Shown here: positions 60,270 through 64,000 of the stretch, piece by piece | Numbering within the stretch: the stretch's first letter is position 1 | How the letters are laid out: each line of letters starts with the position of its first letter | Sequence record: PQ464595.1 | Direction: 5' to 3' (one strand) | DNA: 64,000 nucleotides | Made by a program: the position numbers and the translations under genes | Notes under the pieces: generated by a model | What the model saw: only the letters and a program-made list of their open reading frames with translations | The model's database searches: none | Told to the model about the DNA's origin: nothing

Positions 60270-60640
60270 AAGAATTATCGTCAGTACTCACTCTCGTTCG
60301 TACTAGACTCAATTCTATTTCTAAATTAAACATTATTCACTGACGAGATTTGGGGAGGACATTTTCATCCCCCCACAGGGGAATGAAGACGTAAAAAAAG
60401 TACACGTGTAGGTGTACTGAATTGTCTGACGATGATAGTCGTCGGAATCTATCGAATAGTGAATTTCTCTGAATTTTAGATACAACTTCTCTGTACTAGA
60501 ATTAGAGAGCGAAAGCGGGTTGCTCGGTTTCTCTCATATCACTGTCATATGCAACGGTCGGAGTTTTATACATTGCTCCACTCAGTACTGATCTATTCGA
60601 CCAAACCTGTACTGTGCCATAAATGGCTCCCTTAGCGTAT
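60270..60640 (+). ncRNA. candidate large structured non-coding element
   Basis: ORF-free; TCGTCAGT/ACTGACGA, TTCAT-CCCC/GGGG-ATGAA, AGTACAC/GTGTACT, CTGACGA/TCGTCGG, GAGAG/CTCTC; G-U pairs favour the + strand. Confidence 0.45.
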
Positions 60641-60893
60641 TGGTAAGTGACCTTATATGTCTATCTAGGAAGTGTCTTATATGCTTATCACACTTCTTTA
60701 TACAGCCGCATTGCCGTGATTCATAGTCTTATATCGTGTTGGATTGACTGCTATTACTCTAACGGGTTTCTTTTGCTGTTCGTACTGATTGAACTACTCA
60801 ACTATCCAATTACGTTTTCATCGGATCAGGGTTCACTCGTCAAGGACTATCCTTGTCAATCAGAGTTGTATCTAAAAATATTGTTGTACCATC

Positions 60894-60922
60894 ATTATAC
60901 CAGATAAAAACGGCACGATCCA
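60894..60922 (-). promoter_or_regulatory. TGAAACG-class promoter (TGGATCG variant)
   Basis: TGGATCG-N16-TATAAT with TGG before the -10. Confidence 0.55.
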
Positions 60923-60934
60923 AAAATCTCAATT

Positions 60935-60963
60935 AAAAAAATACCAGCACAAGGCTGGTATTT
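60935..60963 (-). terminator. intrinsic terminator
   Basis: AAATACCAGC/GCTGGTATTT hairpin plus U tract. Confidence 0.8.
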
Positions 60964-60970
60964 GTGGTTC

Positions 60971-63151
60971 TTATAGGTCGGTTTTCTCAATGAGCATAAC
61001 GTGACCATTTACAGGTACTTCATAGAATGCGAAGTTTGGTACATGTTCAATGTAATAGTAATAATCATCTAATTCATAATTAGAACGAATTTCATCAGTT
61101 ACTAAAGATAGTGGAATGAAGAAATCACCTTTTCCATCATTTATAATTACTTTTACTAATGAATAGCTGTTGTTGTTTTCAACATCTAGTTTTACACCTT
61201 TCTTTACACCGGAAATACGGGTTTCAGTACGTTCCTTACGGGAAGCATGAGCCGTCAAATCTTCCCAATCAATGATTAGGTTAACTTCGTCTTTTAGTGC
61301 GTTGAAATCTTGTTCCATATCAAGTAGAGCTTTGCGAATCTTAGCAGTACTTTCGCGTACAAAGGTATTGTGCTTCTGAACACGATTCAAGAACTCTTGA
61401 ACAACGTCACGGTCTAGTACTTGATTCAGTTCAGATACGAACTTAGCAGTAATAGCAGGTTGTTCTGGTTTTTCAATCCAACCAGTGTCAAGACTGTTCA
61501 TCATATCGTGGAACTTCTGAATCTTCTCAATAGGAGTATTTGAACCTTCCATGTACTTGATTAGTACTGTAGTCGGTGTGAACAAATCCCATCCAACGAT
61601 ATTGTGAGAAGCAGCATATTCATCAAATGAACCGAAGCTGATTAGAGCTACTTTAAGTTCAATGGTTTCAATTACTGTATCACCAATACTGAATTGAGCA
61701 AGTTCTTCTTCAGATAGTTCTTCATGCCCTTCAGCATCTGGTGCTGTAGCAGTATATGTGTTGTTGTCTGATACTTCGAAATCAACATCAGCTAGACGGA
61801 TCTTAGAACCACCTAAAATAGTTGCTTCACCATCAACTTTCATAACATCTAGTAGTTTTTGCATTTCAGCAATATCACGTTCACGTCCTGTCAACAGTGA
61901 CAAAGTACGTTCTGGTAGTTTGTATGGTTTATCATTAGCAATAGCATCTAAATCTGAAATCAGATTAGCTATGTCTTGAGATGTGCGATCAGTTGGTTGA
62001 CCATCAATGAACTTTAGCCAATCTTCATGACCTGGGTGACGTGGACTACCTGGATGTGTAGGTTCTGACGCACCTTGCACAACAGGGATTTCAGTACCTT
62101 CAAGATCCATACGTAGTGCTTCATCCATAGTTAGGTTCTCACCTAGTACTTCACGAACTGAAATCATTAGTTCTTTTAGAATGTCTTGTTCAGTACGATC
62201 AGATTTCTGAAGTTCAGTTAGGCTTTCTTGAAGATCGAAATCAAATACAAATTCAGCAAGATTCTGATCTTCGATATTATATGTTTCCATAACTGCTTTG
62301 ATAGCTTCTAGGTATTCACCTTCACTAATCTTAATGTTATCAACTAAGAAAACATCATCAGACATGAATCGTGCTACCTCGGCTTCTAGTTCTTCAAATG
62401 CCTGAACAATATCCGCATAGTTTTCATCAGAAAATGCATCAAGTATATTACGCATTTCTTGTACTTCTTTTTCATGACGTGCCGCAGCATCAATTTTAGC
62501 ATTTTTCTCTGCGTCGATAGTCAGTTCACGTACTGCTTTCAGATTATCACGAATTTCCTGAATTTGTTCTTCAGTTAGTTCATCATCTGGTATGATAGTT
62601 TCAGGTTCTTCTGAACGAGAAGTTTGTAGCAGACGGACAGTACCGGTAGCTTGATTATAAGTACTGTAATCAATAACAACGTTACATTGTTTCTCAATGA
62701 GTACTAGACCATTTTCAGTACTGATAGATACTAGACCATCGTAAGTACTAAGTTGACCTAGTTTGAATTCTTTAGTTAAAAGATAATCAATTTGTGGGTC
62801 ACGGTCAAAGATGATTGCCATTGCTGCTAGTGGTTCATCAGATTTTTGTTCAGCAAATGCTTCCTGTACTGAACCTTCAGTGTAAGAAGAATTTTCCTTA
62901 ACAATATCTTCAACGACATTAATTAGGCTGAATTCTTTACCATCAACTTCTAGTTCAAACGTTACTAGACCTTTGGTTGGAATAACTTCAATGTACATGA
63001 TAGCATGTTTTGGAGTTACCGAGTAACGAACGATACTAACATTACCGATAGCTGACTGTAGCTTGTCCTTTAGGACTTGAACAGACGTAATGCCTTCGAT
63101 GTTAACTAGTACTTGAATGACGGATTTAGTATTAATCATATAACACTCCAT
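60971..63151 (-). CDS. large acidic hypothetical protein, possibly late/virion-associated
   Basis: 726 aa, Glu/Asp-rich, coiled-coil segments; TATAAATA 23 nt upstream. Confidence 0.75.
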   Translation of the reverse strand: MECYMINTKSVIQVLVNIEGITSVQVLKDKLQSAIGNVSIVRYSVTPKHAIMYIEVIPTKGLVTFELEVDGKEFSLINVVEDIVKENSSYTEGSVQEAFAEQKSDEPLAAMAIIFDRDPQIDYLLTKEFKLGQLSTYDGLVSISTENGLVLIEKQCNVVIDYSTYNQATGTVRLLQTSRSEEPETIIPDDELTEEQIQEIRDNLKAVRELTIDAEKNAKIDAAARHEKEVQEMRNILDAFSDENYADIVQAFEELEAEVARFMSDDVFLVDNIKISEGEYLEAIKAVMETYNIEDQNLAEFVFDFDLQESLTELQKSDRTEQDILKELMISVREVLGENLTMDEALRMDLEGTEIPVVQGASEPTHPGSPRHPGHEDWLKFIDGQPTDRTSQDIANLISDLDAIANDKPYKLPERTLSLLTGRERDIAEMQKLLDVMKVDGEATILGGSKIRLADVDFEVSDNNTYTATAPDAEGHEELSEEELAQFSIGDTVIETIELKVALISFGSFDEYAASHNIVGWDLFTPTTVLIKYMEGSNTPIEKIQKFHDMMNSLDTGWIEKPEQPAITAKFVSELNQVLDRDVVQEFLNRVQKHNTFVRESTAKIRKALLDMEQDFNALKDEVNLIIDWEDLTAHASRKERTETRISGVKKGVKLDVENNNSYSLVKVIINDGKGDFFIPLSLVTDEIRSNYELDDYYYYIEHVPNFAFYEVPVNGHVMLIEKTDL

Positions 63152-63173
63152 GTTGTATAAAAAAAGGTAGAAC

Positions 63174-63181
63174 TATTTATA
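63174..63181 (-). promoter_or_regulatory. T4-type late promoter motif TATAAATA
   Basis: Exact TATAAATA in the intergenic gap upstream of the 726-aa gene. Confidence 0.55.
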
Positions 63182-63199
63182 AAATTGATCATTCTTTGA

Positions 63200-63712
63200 T
63201 CAGTTCGATTCTTTGAGGACAGTTCTAATATCCTCGTAACTTGCACTGAGCCAGTCGAATCCTTCTGGCATTATAACTCTACCATGATACTCATAGTAAT
63301 GAACAAATGGTAAAGTACTTTCTTGTAATAATTTGGCTATAGCTGGATTATGAGCAATCTTAGTTACTAACATATTCTCCATGATTTCTAAATCTTCATG
63401 AGATAATCCGAGAACGTCCAGCCTGTCGTCTCTATATTTACGTCCAGCTTTTTTGGCTTCGAAACCATGTAGTTCTCTGAGATCGTCATGTTGTTGACCT
63501 GTAAGATACCAGTACCAGAACCCTTCAGCACTGGTAAAGTACCCATAAGGTTCATAGACGAATGGAGAACGGGCGAAGTTTGATAGTAGTCTGCCTAATT
63601 CAGTTCTGGCTTGACTATAGATGTTGATGTGCGTTACGCCATCTTCTTCGGGGTCGTAAATGGGGGTTATATCGAATTCAAACATTTTACTTCCATGTGA
63701 AAAACCCCTCAC
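63200..63712 (-). CDS. NADAR-like protein
   Basis: LGRLLSNF...F.SAEG.W...AK..GR...K pattern as in phage NADAR (T4 gp30.3-like) proteins. Confidence 0.6.
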   Translation of the reverse strand: MRGFSHGSKMFEFDITPIYDPEEDGVTHINIYSQARTELGRLLSNFARSPFVYEPYGYFTSAEGFWYWYLTGQQHDDLRELHGFEAKKAGRKYRDDRLDVLGLSHEDLEIMENMLVTKIAHNPAIAKLLQESTLPFVHYYEYHGRVIMPEGFDWLSASYEDIRTVLKESN

Positions 63713-63729
63713 TAGGAGGGGTTCAGGTA

Positions 63730-63966
63730 TTAATATGGGTCTGAGTTGTGGGTATCATCACCTGGATTGCCACGAGTACGGTTAATGTCAATATAGACAC
63801 CAGCAGCGTTCTTGGCCTGACACTGATCCATCCACCACGAGTACTGCGTTTGAGCATTCGTGATCATACCTTGCGTGGAGCAAGAACCCATTTTGTACAG
63901 TTTAACTGAACATAACAGTGTAGCGATAATAACTGCTGCCAGCATAGTTTTTAGGAAGCGTTTCAT
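63730..63966 (-). CDS. small membrane-anchored hypothetical protein
   Basis: N-terminal hydrophobic helix. Confidence 0.65.
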   Translation of the reverse strand: MKRFLKTMLAAVIIATLLCSVKLYKMGSCSTQGMITNAQTQYSWWMDQCQAKNAAGVYIDINRTRGNPGDDTHNSDPY

Positions 63967-64000
63967 GTTATCACCGATAACGAGAACCCAATCATCCTTT

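Noticed and set aside
760-60907. The many + strand ORFs of 60-140 aa in the ORF track
   Set aside because: They lie antisense to better minus-strand genes or RNAs, lack SD sites and have atypical composition; treated as shadow ORFs
1-64000. Genome-wide TAG reassignment (code 15)
   Set aside because: Long genes (adhesin, AAA ATPase, 726-aa ORF) have no internal TAG and TAG ends some genes; only two internal TAGs were found by eye

Overview
This is 64 kb of an AT-rich lytic jumbo-phage genome. By gene content it resembles the enterobacterial GAP32/CBB/BF-type myophages (inference). Almost everything is on the minus strand: about 150 small hypothetical ORFs and 25 canonical tRNAs, including an amber suppressor. 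Recognisable accessory genes are Acb2, an HNH endonuclease, a YadA-type adhesin, two cyclic-phosphate-processing receiver domains, two PTH2-like hydrolases, an HD hydrolase, a C5 DNA methyltransferase, two ATP-grasp proteins, a 5'-nucleotidase, an AAA ATPase, NadR-PnuC, an ADP-ribosylglycohydrolase and a NADAR-like protein. The most unusual content is non-coding. (1) A 254-nt RNA (34402-34655) reproduces the 23S rRNA GTPase-associated centre (H42-H44) with compensatory base changes. Its 181-nt insert carries segments complementary to both strands of the 16S decoding site. It lies just upstream of two genes that each contain an in-frame TAG. (2) A family of 16 or more structured RNA modules has a conserved CAGCAA core. 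It occurs as free hairpins, fused to circularly permuted tRNA domains, and as intron-like inserts in the anticodon stem of four tRNA genes. (3) There are several other tRNA-scaffolded or pseudoknotted RNAs. (4) The palindrome AGTACT is strongly over-represented. All calls were made by eye, without database searches or folding software.
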